Source: Takakia lepidozioides (taxonomy: Eukaryota > Plantae > Bryophyta). From it: a stretch of DNA of 64,000 bases. How positions within the stretch are numbered: position 1 is the stretch's first letter; every line of letters begins with the position of its first letter. The translations under genes and the position numbers were made by a program. Of this stretch, positions 11,010 to 23,700 are shown in pieces. Under the pieces are notes generated by a model. It did not search any database and was not told the DNA's origin. It saw only the letters and a program-made list of their open reading frames with translations. The stretch is from the NCBI GenBank assembly GCA_030704615.1, contig CM060733.1:25482001-25546000 (forward strand), in the 5' to 3' direction.

Positions 11010-12489
11010 AAGTCTTGGAGTAATAACAGATTTAAAATACGCAGAAGCTCTCGATATAGAGCTTGAATCAGAGGAAAACCCGATGTTGGTTTTGTTTCTG
11101 CATGAGGATGCGAGAACCCCCAGGACGTTTGGTTTCAAAGTGGAGGTGGGTCGTCTGAACAAGTCGTTGATGAGTAAATGCGTTGCACTGGGTTTTAGAT
11201 TTCCAGACGATGGCTCAATATTTACTGACGTAGGTTTGTCGAGGGCCTGGAGTATTTTTCTGGATCTTCTACACGCAATGGGGAACGACATTCGCAAGAA
11301 GCGAGCACTACAGGAAGCATCAAAGCCGAAGAAAGGAAAACGCAAGTCGTCGACAGCCGGCAATGATGACAATGAGGCCGGGACTTCCGCAGGAAAGAAG
11401 AAACAGAAGGAGGATCAGGATCCAGCATTGATGTCAGATAATAAGAGACCTAAAGCTGGGGAGATTTTTGACAAGGAAAAATGCGAGAAAATGGAGGAGA
11501 GGATCACGAAGGAATACAATGATGTATTTCCATTCGGATTCGAGAGTACCTTCCTTGTGAAGGTTTCCATGATGAAACTAGCTCCAAGGAGCATGGTTTA
11601 CAAGCCGTTAAATATCAAGCATAAGGACAAAGTGAAACCGCGACTCTTCCAACTTCATTTGTTCGACTCCAAACATCCGATGTATCTTGTGCCAATCAAC
11701 CTTTCCAATCCAAAGAAGATTGCTTCATCATGACCGAAGCAATGGAAGGAGATGGACGTATCAAGGTTCTTCGTAATTGGTGGACAACACACCATCGTGG
11801 TAGCAAAGGTAATGGACTTCACACCCATTTTACATTAACTGTAGCAGGAACTTCTCGAGGATCTTGCCGACAGCGAACTGAAGGAGTACTACCGGGAGTG
11901 GGCTGCGAAGATTGTATGGTCTACCGATGAACAAAGGCTCCTGAAGTTGTCAAAGCTCCTCAACGATCCCAATAAGGTGCAAAAGTTTGATACAACAATG
12001 CCGGAGAAAGTTGAGCATGCGCGAATGTTATTCAACCTGAGGGGGAAGCCAAAGAAATACAACGATCACACCACCAAGTCCGAGACAAAACAATGGAAGG
12101 TATGCATTTATGGAATCAAAATCTACTATTCACATTCATTTTGAAATGGGTAGCATTAAGGAGGCAATGGTTCTAGTACTTTGCGACGACGACGTTTGGA
12201 AGATCTGGGAAGATGTTTTCAAAAACTGGGAGCAGGAAAAACTACTCGACCCGCTTGGAATACAGTATAAGGGTGAACAATAACAGCTCACGAAATCTGC
12301 TATCGCAAAGCTGCAAGGGTTGAACAGATGCTGATAAAAGTTGCGCAGAAAATCCTGGACCTGAAATTGACCATTCGATATTACAAAGGTCACGACAAAT
12401 CAATTCAAGGCATGAACAAGTACATAGACAACATGAAAATGCGTCGGTTTATTGTCGACGATGTGATGGAAGTGTTGGGGTGGCCTCGT
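11010..12489 (+). pseudogene. N-terminal half of a cargo gene with a ParB/Srx-like domain (introns, premature stops)
   Basis: YKPLNIKH...HPMYLVP...(stop 11731-11733)...FFVIGGQHTIVVAK (11767-11808), intron, ELLEDL...KIVWS..EQRLLKLSKLLN. GGQH and the downstream Asn match the ParB GxxR/N core pattern. A helical region follows and ends abruptly at ~12489. Confidence 0.6.
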
Positions 12490-12549
12490 AGGAGCAAACA
12501 ATGCACGGATCTTTCCTGTGCTCCAGAAGACCACGGTTGAAGGCACAGT

Positions 12550-12720
12550 CTGTTGTGTCATAATGCCTTTTTATATCCAGGAAGAAGACAAAGATAGGTT
12601 TTCCTTCTTTTTCCTTCCCTGGATCATTTGGCTCAGGGTAAATATATGGTCCCGATTTCTCCAGAAGACCCCCTCTGACCTTCATGGAAAATACTTCTAG
12701 ACTCCTAATCAACCGTAAGA
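12550..12720 (-). mobile_element. LINE reverse-transcriptase fragment
   Basis: GKEKEGKPIFVFFLDIKRHYDT matches [22 protein letters not shown] in the LINE at ~25480-25560. Confidence 0.75.
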
Positions 12721-12799
12721 CAGCTTATTATCCTACGAAACAGCTTGCCAACCCCACTAAGTTGTTATACAGATTGAAATGACACCCTCTCTCTAGGAG

Positions 12800-12878
12800 A
12801 AAGAGAATGTACTCATAAGACGTTGTTTGCCGTAGCCTTGTGGCCTCTCTCTCCAGGAGAGAGAGAGAGAGAGAGAGT
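12800..12878 (-). mobile_element. LINE family A 3' terminus between GA repeats
   Basis: TGTACTCATAAGACGTTGTTTGCCGTAGCCTTGTGGCC, identical to the family 3' end. Confidence 0.8.
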
Positions 12879-14452
12879 GTTACATAGCATGTCAAAGCTA
12901 GACAAAGAAACACTAAGCACATTGTGTTGTGTTTGCCTTCATTTAACGACATCAGACAGCCTAATTTAGGCACCATCAAACTGTCTCTACCCAGATCTGC
13001 CTCCATACCTCCCTTTACATTATACCCTTGCTGGAAAACCAGGTTTAAGGTCTACTAAGTGGCAATCACATGCACACTAGGTAGGGCCCTCTCATAAATA
13101 GATCTACCTCCTCACTTTCATATCATAGGAAGCAACAGTAGAAGTAGGAAGAGCACAACTGTCTCCTTACAAGTAACTCATTTCCATGTAGGTACCAGCT
13201 CATAGATCCATCAAACCAATAGAGCAAAAACAACAGTAGTATGTGTACAATCAACACATACAAACAGATTTGAGGTTTGAGAGAGCTCAAAGCCTCACTC
13301 CCTTAGTCTCTTGCCCTTAGTAGCATTTCCTGCAACAAAAGAAGGTGAAGTGGCATCACCCGGATCCATCACAGCCAACCAACCAACCAACAGGTAGTGA
13401 TCCCTGTGGAACCCCAAGCTTAAACCCCTTCACATTTGTTATCAATGTCATCCCTGCAACAGGTCATACTAGCAAAGAGAAGAGAGGTAAGAGAGGTCCT
13501 TTCAGCCATTCAACATAGATACAGAACTCAGTAGCACCTATTTCAGCCCATGCTCCAGAGGGAGGGGGGGTGGTCTCATGTCTGTAAGCACCAATTCCAA
13601 AAATGAAGGTGTCACTAGAGCCAAGTACTCAGCAAGGGGACACATAGAGGCCTTTGGTTTGCAAAAGTATTCAAAGAATCATAGTAGAGCTAATCATGTC
13701 CATGTAAGTAAACATGACAAAAAGCACCTATTCCCAAAAGGAAGACCAAGTACTCAAGCAAGGGCATATATAAAAGCCCTTGGTTTTGCAAAAATATTCA
13801 TAGATTCAGAGTAGAGCTTAGTCAAGTCCATGTAAGTTCCTCATAGTGTCAACTCTCTTTATGTTGCCATCCTAAGCAGCCCATCACAGTGTTGGAGGAG
13901 TCTGAATGGATACCTTGCTTGTAGAAGTCAGCTTCTTCAGCTCCTTCCTGCTCCTCTTCCAAATGAGAAGAGTGGCCAAGCATACTAACCATTTAGGGCA
14001 ACAGCTTTAGGTTGAGACCTCTAGGATGAACCCTAATGAGTCATCCTAGTGAGCCATCCTGTTCTACAATCCCCCGTTCCATTCTAGTCAAAAATATCTG
14101 AGCGGAATAACGGGATCAGATTATTCTTTGAATGCTGTCTAAAAAGATCTTAGCAACATTAAGGAGAGAAAGAGAGAAAATAAAATTCCTCAAGCCTCTC
14201 ATTTTCAGGTTTCCTAATGCCGATACAAGGCTTTGGCTACAGTAGAGCAGCCAAGAGAGCAATGTACATTGACCGGATCATGTAGAAGGTGTACACATAT
14301 ACTCTATTATGTTGTTGCTACAGGGCCTAGCACAAGATATCATGTATTAGTTTGCCATCCAATGTCCCTATATGTTCAAGGCTGGAGAAAGAGTCAAAGG
14401 GATCATACAGTTCTTGAGTGTTGTTACAAAGAACATATCCACATTCAAGTAT

Positions 14453-14799
14453 AGAGAGAGATTGTACTCATAAGACGTTGTTTGCCGTAGCCTTGTGGCC
14501 ATTGACCCCGCGCCCGGTTTGAGCGGGAACAAAAGGGACAGAACCTACCTCTGTCAGGGGCTGATGTTGGTAGTAAGACTTACCTTCATATATAGAATTA
14601 ATCCGGGTTTTCCAGGTATCCTCTAGAAATCCCTTCACACAAGCATCAATCTGCTGTGTGTGATTTGCCCAAAAACTAGGCCTCAGGAGGGCCTGGGCTT
14701 TTGGCTCGGCCTCGAGACTTTCAAAGTTGGTAAACAGGGGTACACGCACAATTCCCTTGATAGATTTGAAGAGAGCGTCTCTTTGGTGAGAGAACCCCG
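14453..14799 (-). mobile_element. 5'-truncated LINE family A copy with (CT)n tail
   Basis: Near-identical to 23858-24195 and 29681-30018. Confidence 0.9.
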
Positions 14800-15520
14800 G
14801 ATTGGCATCCCTTGCAACAATCTCTCGCCCAACAAGCTTGGAGATGAATTTGGTGGCCGTATACCCGAAGGGTCTTGATTGTGTGGATAGGTGTCCCAGG
14901 AGACGTGCTGATGAGCCCAAAAGCAAGGGCCAGCTTTTCGCTGTGGTGGCAGACAGCTTGTTCCTTTGTATGTTGATCCAAATCATATAAGACAAACTGC
15001 GTGTCAGGCACATATCCGGCCTCCTCCATCTGTCTAGTCAATCTGTCCTTGGAACTCAGCATAGATCTCCTTAGTTTGCGGGTGTGACGTGTCTTCTACG
15101 ACAAATGTGTGTATCCTATTATTGACCTCAATCCAACTGCACCCTGGCTCCTTTTGCACACCTCTGTCCTGCCTTTCTTTCCTGACCTTTGCTACATCAT
15201 CCCACTTCCCACTGCAGCATAAATGTTTGAAAGCAGCACATATGCTCCAGCATTTTCTGGTTCCATATTGAGAATATATTTTGCGGCCCGTTCTGCAAGC
15301 TCAACCTTGCCATGGATTCTGCAACCGCCAAGCAAGGCTCCCCATTGTACAGCACTTGGTTCAAATGGCATTTTGTCGATAAGGTCCTCTGCCTCATCCA
15401 ACCGCCCTATGCGGCCAAGAACATCAATCATGAGGCCATAGTGCTTTTCTTCTGGAGTAATGTCATGATCACGACTCATAGAGAGGAAGAAATGACGGGC
15501 TTCATCCACTAGACCCACGT
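14800..15520 (-). pseudogene. PLS-class PPR E/E+/DYW fragment (RNA-editing factor relic), fused to a LINE 3' end
   Basis: HYGLMIDVLGRIGRLDEA, WGALLGGCRIHG, YVLLSNIYAA, PGCSWIE, GYVPDT, HSEKLALAFGL; frameshifts; CxxC deleted after LRV; DYW tail missing. Confidence 0.9.
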
Positions 15521-16054
15521 GGCGTTCAGAAAGTTCAGAAAGAAAGACTGATTGATTCCCATGGCCACTGATTGCTCGCCATGCCCTGCTGACCTACTAC
15601 TAACCCTCCCAAGGACCAGTGGTGGAGGTTTCAGCCACTTAAAAGTAAGAAAGACAGGAGCTCAGTAGCGCCAAAGGAAAACCCGCAAAGAGAGAGAGAG
15701 AGAGAGGGGGGTGCGAGGGTCAAGAATCTCATGAAGCCATGCCACTACGAGAAATGAAGTCTTCACAAAACTGCCGCTCGACATACATTCGAGTGCATAA
15801 AAAATACTTCACCGTACTTTAGCGGCTGAAGTTTTCTGTCTTTAGGAGTTCACTGAACACACGTTACAAGTAGACAGAATACCGAACACAATCATACTGG
15901 CTACTTTTCTTCGAATAAAACTGTCCATCTTCTCCCCACAAAAGGGGAAGAACATCTCGACCAGAACACTCGTATAGTCTTGCAGTAAGTCTCTCTCTCA
16001 AATACTGGTGATTTCCCAGCTCTAAAACACAAAAAGAGAAACTGGCCCCTTACA

Positions 16055-16618
16055 CTAGAGCTCATCCTCCATGCGCAAGTACTCCCCGAGGTCTGCCTGA
16101 TGCAAGGCTACAATATCAGTCGGGTCCAATTTGCGGCAGTCCTGCGTAGACTTCGCTGCCAGCCCAAACCCCATCGGTACATCCGACATGGAGTAGATCA
16201 CCACCCCTTGGTACTGAGGGGTGTTGTCCGTAATCCTTCCCAGCCCACTTTTCAAAACATTGTTCCCATACAGGAATGACATCTCTGCCGACGGCTTGAG
16301 CCATATCTTATGCTTGGCATGAGCGGCAAGGAGGTCAAGGCAAGTCACAGTGAGCCGAAACTTACCGCTCTTCGTAAATTTCCCCAGACAGGTCCCCAGA
16401 CCAAAGAGCTTCTCTCGTCCAACATTAGTTGCCCGCTTCACTAGAGCCTCGCTCACATAGTAGACCCGCTGCTTGTGAAGGCGAAAGCAATAACCCCCAG
16501 GAGTCTTATCAGGGCCTTCATGAGCGGGGCGCTCAAACAAGTGCCGCAGGTTACTGCCCACAAATTTGTGCAGCTTTTCCAGCACTTGTGTCGTCTCTGC
16601 CTCGTCCAGGGGACGCAT
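16055..16618 (-). CDS. NIP7: 60S ribosome biogenesis protein NIP7 (187 aa, intronless)
   Basis: MRPLDEAET...[13 protein letters not shown]...[15 protein letters not shown]...[19 protein letters not shown]...[15 protein letters not shown]; ATG at 16618. Confidence 0.95.
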   Translation of the reverse strand: MRPLDEAETTQVLEKLHKFVGSNLRHLFERPAHEGPDKTPGGYCFRLHKQRVYYVSEALVKRATNVGREKLFGLGTCLGKFTKSGKFRLTVTCLDLLAAHAKHKIWLKPSAEMSFLYGNNVLKSGLGRITDNTPQYQGVVIYSMSDVPMGFGLAAKSTQDCRKLDPTDIVALHQADLGEYLRMEDEL

Positions 16619-17770
16619 GCTGCTTTGATAATCGTTACACGAGGGATGCTGCTCTTCTCCTCTTCTTTGCCCTAGAACTGGCCTCACCTCTCTATTGTAA
16701 TCATGGATGTAGATTGACAGTGTTTTTCTTTCTGGCGAAAAATCGCCAGATTTCGACCTGGAACCGGTTTGCTACTTGTACAAAGGAATTATGGGGGGTA
16801 AAATCCGAGATTTTCGCCAAAAAGCACCAGGAGATAAATTTCAGGAGCCTAATCTTCCCGACGTGAACCAATGAAAACATGACACCTAGAATATAGCCAC
16901 TTTTCTAACTTTGTCACCTCGATATTCTCGCCACATGGGCACTGGGTGGAATTCACATGTGGCCCCGCCAGCGATTTTGGAAATATGAAAAGAAAAACAC
17001 GATAGGTTGCGAGTGTCTTCCTAGGTTTGAGATATCATCAACCCAAAAAGAAACGAGTGCTGATGAAGGTGACCTACTTTGCACTCACTGTATCACTGCA
17101 AGGAAGGTGGAAACAATTTGCGAAGTGGTTGGACCTGAAGACTGTTTAGACCTCAACTGGTCCACGGGGAGCTTTTCCGCCTCACTCTGGTGCATACAAC
17201 AATCAAAGGTTGAGCCCTGAAGAGTTTTCTCACAAAATGACTTTTAAGAGAAGAAAAATAATTCAGTGTTACATGAGAGGTGCATTTGATATCTGCAGTG
17301 GCATTTTAGAGGAAAGCCACTCTACAGCTCCTTCCTTACCAACCTACAATCTTACATCGCCATGAGCTCAATAGACAAGCTCCCACCCACAGTCGCTGAA
17401 GTCCTTTTGGCAATTAATACACAACCATTCAAGTGTCTAATGTTCCAGCTTTGACGATGTCACCATGGCCTTTGCTCTCTTTTCCAGGGCTGTTAGGCTC
17501 ACATTTGGATACATGTCCACGAATCATAACTAACCTCGTGAAGACTTCCTGCAGACCTATGTGAAGGCAAAAGTGCAAGGTCTCGTTGATCAGACACACC
17601 TTCTAAGAGAGCCTTCTTGAAACAAAGAGCAAGGCCCATGCAGAGACTTGATAAAAGCATTTCTGCTGTATTCTTGTGAACCCGTATCCAACGGATCAGG
17701 GGCAAAGAGGGGACACAGATCAACATTACACATGCCACATGTTGCATATGACACCACTCAATCACAAAAT

Positions 17771-20700
17771 TCAATCATCTGCCCATCGTACGCCATGCTT
17801 GGCACCCAGATAGTAGGCTCCAATGGGGCCTCTCCCACCAAAAGTGTAGAGTTCTGGGGCCACCTTGTACTTCTCAATGTCTTTGAGCAATGGTGTCAGC
17901 AGCTCCCAGGTGGCCTCCAGCTCATCACCGCGTATAAAGAGGTGGTTGTCACCATCAATTACGTCCAGAATGAGTTGCTCATAAGAATCTGGAGTCACTG
18001 CATGGTCATATCTGCAAGAAAGCACAATAGATTATCTTGAACAACCATCTAGTCATAGAGACTGCCTCAAATTGGTAGAAGTAGCACACCGAATGTTGCA
18101 GTGTCTAGATGTGAAAGAAGACAGCAGGGGTTCACAACAATGTAACACAGAGTACCCAACACTGAAACGGAACAGCCAGAGAGGGTTGCATTACTTGTTA
18201 CGGTACAGCAAGTTCAGTTCGGAGGAGTCCAACTGTAGTCCCAAGCCAGGCACCTTATTATTGATCTTGAGGAATATAGCTTCATCTGGGTGCACTGCTA
18301 TGATGAGCTCATTGGTAGCCATATCTATGTTGTACCCAAACCGATCGCGGTACAAGTTTCCCGGAACATGACGAAACTGAATACGGATCTCCACCCTGGC
18401 ATTGAAAATTCAATCTACACACACTCAGAGTTGCATTTAAATTGGTCCTTCCAGCAGCAGAGAAAATCTCAGGCAGGCTATGCTGGGCTCTTCAAAGCTG
18501 TGTCATAAACTAAAGGCAATCTATGCCCTGCTGCACCTGCGTCATCAAACCTGAAAGCCTGACAAGCTGTCATCAAGAAGTCCTTTCAGTTCTATCATAT
18601 TTGTATCAAGGATCACTGGGACCTGTGACAAACGTAATGATAACATGAATGTACGGGTGATGATGGAGAGGGACGGCAAAACAAGAAACTAAAATAGAAA
18701 GAACATCATTACACCACAGGACACTCTTGAGGACAGAGAGAGGTTGTGATGGGGGTTTTTGGTTATATACTTTGGAGATGTTTCCCACCTGGCTGCAAGA
18801 GGTAAGAAATCACATCCAAAAAGCAGCTTGGAGAGCTTACAGGATAACAAACCAGAACACCCAGACCACAACCACCACTGAGGGAGACTTCTCTTGCTGT
18901 AGTCTGTGGACTCCAGGCTGTGTTTGCAGGGAGAGCAGGAGAAAGAGAGTCTGAAGGCTGAAGAGTCTGAGAGACTGAAAGCAAGTTACAAATGAAAATT
19001 TGAACACAAAGGTTGATAAGCTCTGACGAACTTGGAAAGCTCCTAACTTGACAAAGCTCGAAGAGGAAAGAAGAGGAAACATCATAACAGAAACCTGTGA
19101 ATGGATACAAAGAACGCAAGCAAGAGATACATACATACATCCACGCATCCGCAGCCAAGGTCAAACTAGAAACAGGGAAAAAGCCAGTGAAGTTACAGAC
19201 TACTTACATACAAAACCTAGCTGTATACATATGATAAATTCATTTATGCTAAGCGACAAGACACGGGGCAGCAACTCACTTGTGCTTGATAAGACCACTG
19301 CCAGCCTTAATGAGAAAGGGAACACCGTCCCAGCGTGCATTATCAATGTAGAGTGCAGCTGCCACAAATGTTGGAGTGAGGCTATTGGGGTTCACACCCG
19401 GTTCATCCAAGTACCCTGGAATCTCTGATTTGCCATTTTTCGAGATGCTAGCCTTGTATTGACCAAGGACCATATCATGCAGTGTCAACTTGCGCATCGA
19501 CCTGAGTACCTTGACCTATAACTCGCAGAGACAGTTATGCTTAGAAAGATAAGCTCAGATATTTGCAGATCAAAACAGTCCACTCCTTACTTTTGGTCTG
19601 AGAAAAGGGGCAGGACTCCACATAAAACTTTGTGGACGTAGAGCAGATTCTACTCCTCACATAACAAGACAGATAGGGCACCTTTTCATTGTGGATGTCT
19701 TCCCCATCCAAGCTAACTGGTGGCTCCATTGCAAAGAGTGCTATGGTCTGCAGTATGTGGCTTTGAACAATGTCGCGAATGACACCATGCTGGTCAAAAT
19801 ACCTACCCTTCCCCATATACCCCCACTGCTTCAGAGTTTTCCTGCTTCTCACCATCAAGTAGGCCTAACAGATGGGTAAAGGGCAAACTGGAAAACTGAA
19901 GGGAGCAACTCAAACCCAAAAAAGGACCTTGAAGGTGACCTACCATGCCACCAACTAGCATTCAAAAGCCCTTTCTTGGAGTTTTGGCTCCAAAATAGCA
20001 GTGTGTACACATCCTGCTAACTATGTACACCAAGATGATAGTAAAAATCTGTTTCAATACAGCAAACAAACTTATCTGGTCCAACTAAACATGAAAATAT
20101 CAGGTTGTCGATACTTAATAGAGGTAATGGCTAGTAGAGGTAATGGCTAGTGGCAAAGGCCCTCAGACTATTCTACAGCGGAAGTGCTGTGCATTCAATT
20201 TGTTACCAACTGTTAAAATGCTGTAAAACCAATGGATTGTGGATAGATGAAGAATCCCAATCCTGTTTGTGCAACCGGAATCTGAAAGAAATTGGATTTT
20301 ATAGCTAGCAGTGACTATAACAAATAGTTATAAAAAAAACAAAATCCAGAATACCTTCCTCTTCCCTCCATTCCCCAGTCTTCCGCCAGAATTACCTGCC
20401 ACAAACCAAAAAGTTTGAATTTGATACATAATGAGGTGGATCTGCCAAAATTTGACATTTTATAGGCCTAGACTTTACTCAAAGCTCAATAATTCTCCCC
20501 CCTGAAACAGGGGCACTTTGGAGCTACCTGCACATTCCGGATATAAGTCCGGCTCCAAAGAGGCTCGAAAACAAGGTTGGAAAAGCGCAGTATTGTCAAA
20601 TTCTCAATCAACTCCTTTCCTAGATGATGGTCAATCCTGCCACCCATCACAAAAGCACACAATACTCATAGGAAGTAGTTGAAAACCCATCAAGTACATT

Positions 20701-23700
20701 GGAAAATTCATATTTATCTGATAGATGAATCATGAGTGGCGAAAGCACTGAACACACATGGAACATCTGGTGTCCATTACGATACTGAAGGGCAGAGGGC
20801 ATGACTCCAATGTAGAAATTGCCACCCTTTCCTCATGTTGACTGTATTGGGAGATACTGAAATGCTCATAAGATATGTGAAGGTGCTCAAACCTGTAAAT
20901 TTGGTCTTCACGGAGCCTTGACAAGAGACTTTGGGTAAACCTTGCTGATGACTCAGAATCACTGCCAAAGGGCTTCTCTACAATCAGGCGCGTCCACCCC
21001 TTCTTGCTTTGTGCATAAGTACTTAAGCAATTGGCCACAGCTGGTACCACCTCAGGTGGTACTGATAAATAAAAGATGCGGTTTGCTTCCCCTGTGCCCT
21101 GTTAAGACCCAGACAAAACAAACTGAAAAAAACATCAACGATTTAAGGATGTGCTTACTGGACTCTTGCTTCGTCTATAACTGATGGCAGAGACCCACAC
21201 CCATTTTGGGCAGACAACATTTATAGGAAGGAAGAGGGCAGTCCCTTGGTAGGGTGCCTTGTATGAGAGGAAAAAAAATCCATGGCAATAGAGTATATCG
21301 ACAACAGCCTTGCCTACCAATGAGCAACTTGCAGAATGTTTTATTGAGTTCTGAACAGTTCGTGCAGCAATCATAACCCACAAGGCAAGGATGAACCGAG
21401 TTAGAAAGATGTACACCTTCTCTGAAAAATCTACACGTGCCACTGGAGCTCCAGTGGTCACCTGGCTCTCAATTCAAACCATAACATGAGAATCTATCAG
21501 TGTCTGAATTACATTTAAGTTTTTCATTTCGTGATTGAATAGCCTAAAAGAAAATTGGTTTGACAATGTGGACAAGATTTGATGCTACCTCTGCTTGCTG
21601 CAGCCGATTGTTAAGCTTTTCCATGCCTTCACAGCCCGAATAGCCACCATGCTCATAGTATACAGTCTGCAGGAATGCCTCCATTTTCTCGCCACAATTT
21701 TCCCTGTATATTTTAAACTTTGATCATAAATTGAATATAGGTCCCAAAGCTTCAAAAAAAGCAAAAGGCACAAAATCGATCTCTTGACTCCAGTGAAAAG
21801 AGTTGAAGAATCTCCAGTAAGAGCCACTGGCCAGACAATGATATGTTTTCATCAACTGTTCTATAGGCAGTAGAGAAGAACTCCTCTAAGCTGGGTTATG
21901 GAAATCTGAAATATCCAGCTGAACTATTATGAACTTTCGACAATCACAGTTAAGGTAAAAACAATGATGCTGAGAAGACAGTAGCCAAGAAATGAATCAG
22001 AAGTGCTCGAATCTAGCTCCCTAGTCAGTACTTTCAAGCATATCTGTTTCTGCAGTTTCAATAAAACTTACTGTTGGTCAATCCTGCAAGTCAAACATTC
22101 GCTGATCATATTCCGTAACTCATCATCAGAGAGAGCACTTCTGGAATACCCAAAGATGCCGACATTCTGCCACCCAACCCCAACAGTTGCTAGATTGTTT
22201 TGATAGATTTTCCATGTGATGTAAATCCAACGGATCTTGCTCTTTGTACTTCTGTTGGGGTACTGAACTACAGAAGTATGTCTCTATGTACATCACAGAC
22301 TGCCTGAGTACAAGAATGCACCCAAAATGAGTTACAGACACTCATATTGCTGTTGACATAAGGTGGCAACATGGAGTTACAATAGACACGTATTCCGAAG
22401 GTGGAAGTACAGACTGGCTAACAACTCTCTCGTCCAAAGGACACATACAGCAACAAAAGACAAAACCTTGTAAGCAATCACAACACGCATAGTAGTCGAA
22501 GAAGCAAATGTATTCAAAATTCAAACTTTAAAAGTGGCCTGGGATATAAAATTTGTAAGAAGTTGGACTAATGTTGTGGTTCGAGAACTACCTTTGGGAG
22601 ATTTCCACTGTAATAGAGAGCGAACAATGCTGGGAAAATCTTGTGTCTGGCAAGGTCTCCTGTGGCACCTAGCACAGTAATGCTCAGAAAAGGGCCCACA
22701 TCTCGTTTGCTCACTCCAATACTGCCATTTGGTGATGGAAGGTTTCCCAAAGTAGACGATACAGAAGCATGTGACAAAGGAATGGCTGGAGACTGCACAT
22801 TGCCATCAGTGCTGACGCCATCTGATACATGACACACCTCAATGAGATTCTTTAACAAGGCCACAGCACAAAAGAGAGAGCCCAATGACATTGTCCTGTT
22901 GTAGACCCTTACCTACCGGGGCATTAAATCTCCTAACAAGACCACATGGCCTTTGGTGAGGAACTTAGCACAATTGAGCTTAACTTCCCTGAAGGCTTTA
23001 TCAGCATCCCCACTAGGGGCTTCTGCAGGCATGTAGACACATCCCACACAGAGGTCCTTAGCCCTCACGCTGTCCTTCAGTCTCGAGCGAGAGAGAGAGA
23101 AAGAGAAGGTACTCTTAAGACATTGTTTGCCTACCCTTGTGGGCATTGACCCCGCGCCCAGTTCGGCGGAACAAGAGCGAGAAAGAGAGAGAATGTACTC
23201 ATAAGATGTTGTTTGCTGTAGCCTTGTGGCCATTGACCCAGAAAAAGAGAGTGATTGTACTCATGAGACATCTTTCGCCGCAGCCTTGTTTCCATAGACC
23301 CTGCTCCCAGTTTGGGTGGAATAGAGAAAGAAAAAAGTACTCATGGACCATGGAAAAAAGTGAGTACTAGTACCCATGGACCCCGCACCCAGTTGGATGG
23401 ATAGACACTACTTTTGTGAGGGGCTCACTCCAGTAGTGTAATCCCCCGTTTGGGTGGACGGAGAAAGAGAGACAGAATGTACTCATAAGACTTTTGCCGT
23501 AGCCTTGTGGCCATTGACCCTGCACCCAGATTGAGCGGAACACAAAGGGACAGAAACTACCTTTGTCAGGGGCTGACGCCGATAGTATGACTTACCTTGA
23601 GACATGCAAAGAAAGAGAATGTACTATAAGACGTTGTTTGCCGTAGCCTCATGCAAATGAAATGGTACTTTATAACGTCTGCGGAAAGCTCAAAGATCTT

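Larger units (their letters stand above)
487..12489. mobile_element. Large degenerate DNA transposon (DUF7869/Sola-like DDE transposase) with cargo genes; right half apparently inverted
   Basis: 30-bp repeat at 487-516 and 7078-7107 (28/30 identical). Flanks ACAC (483-486) and GTGT (7074-7077, reverse complement ACAC) fit a 4-bp TSD. Contains a transposase pseudogene, cargo ORFs and an internal 24-bp palindrome found 7 times. Confidence 0.7.

Noticed and set aside
16619-16687. N-terminal extension of NIP7 in the ORF track; intronless state as evidence of a retrocopy
   Set aside because: The conserved start is MRPL at 16618; the frame is intact with no retro-tail or TSD seen
19804-19850. Purine-rich intron end loosely resembling the preceding G6PD4 mini-exon
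   Set aside because: Similarity too short and weak to claim exon duplication
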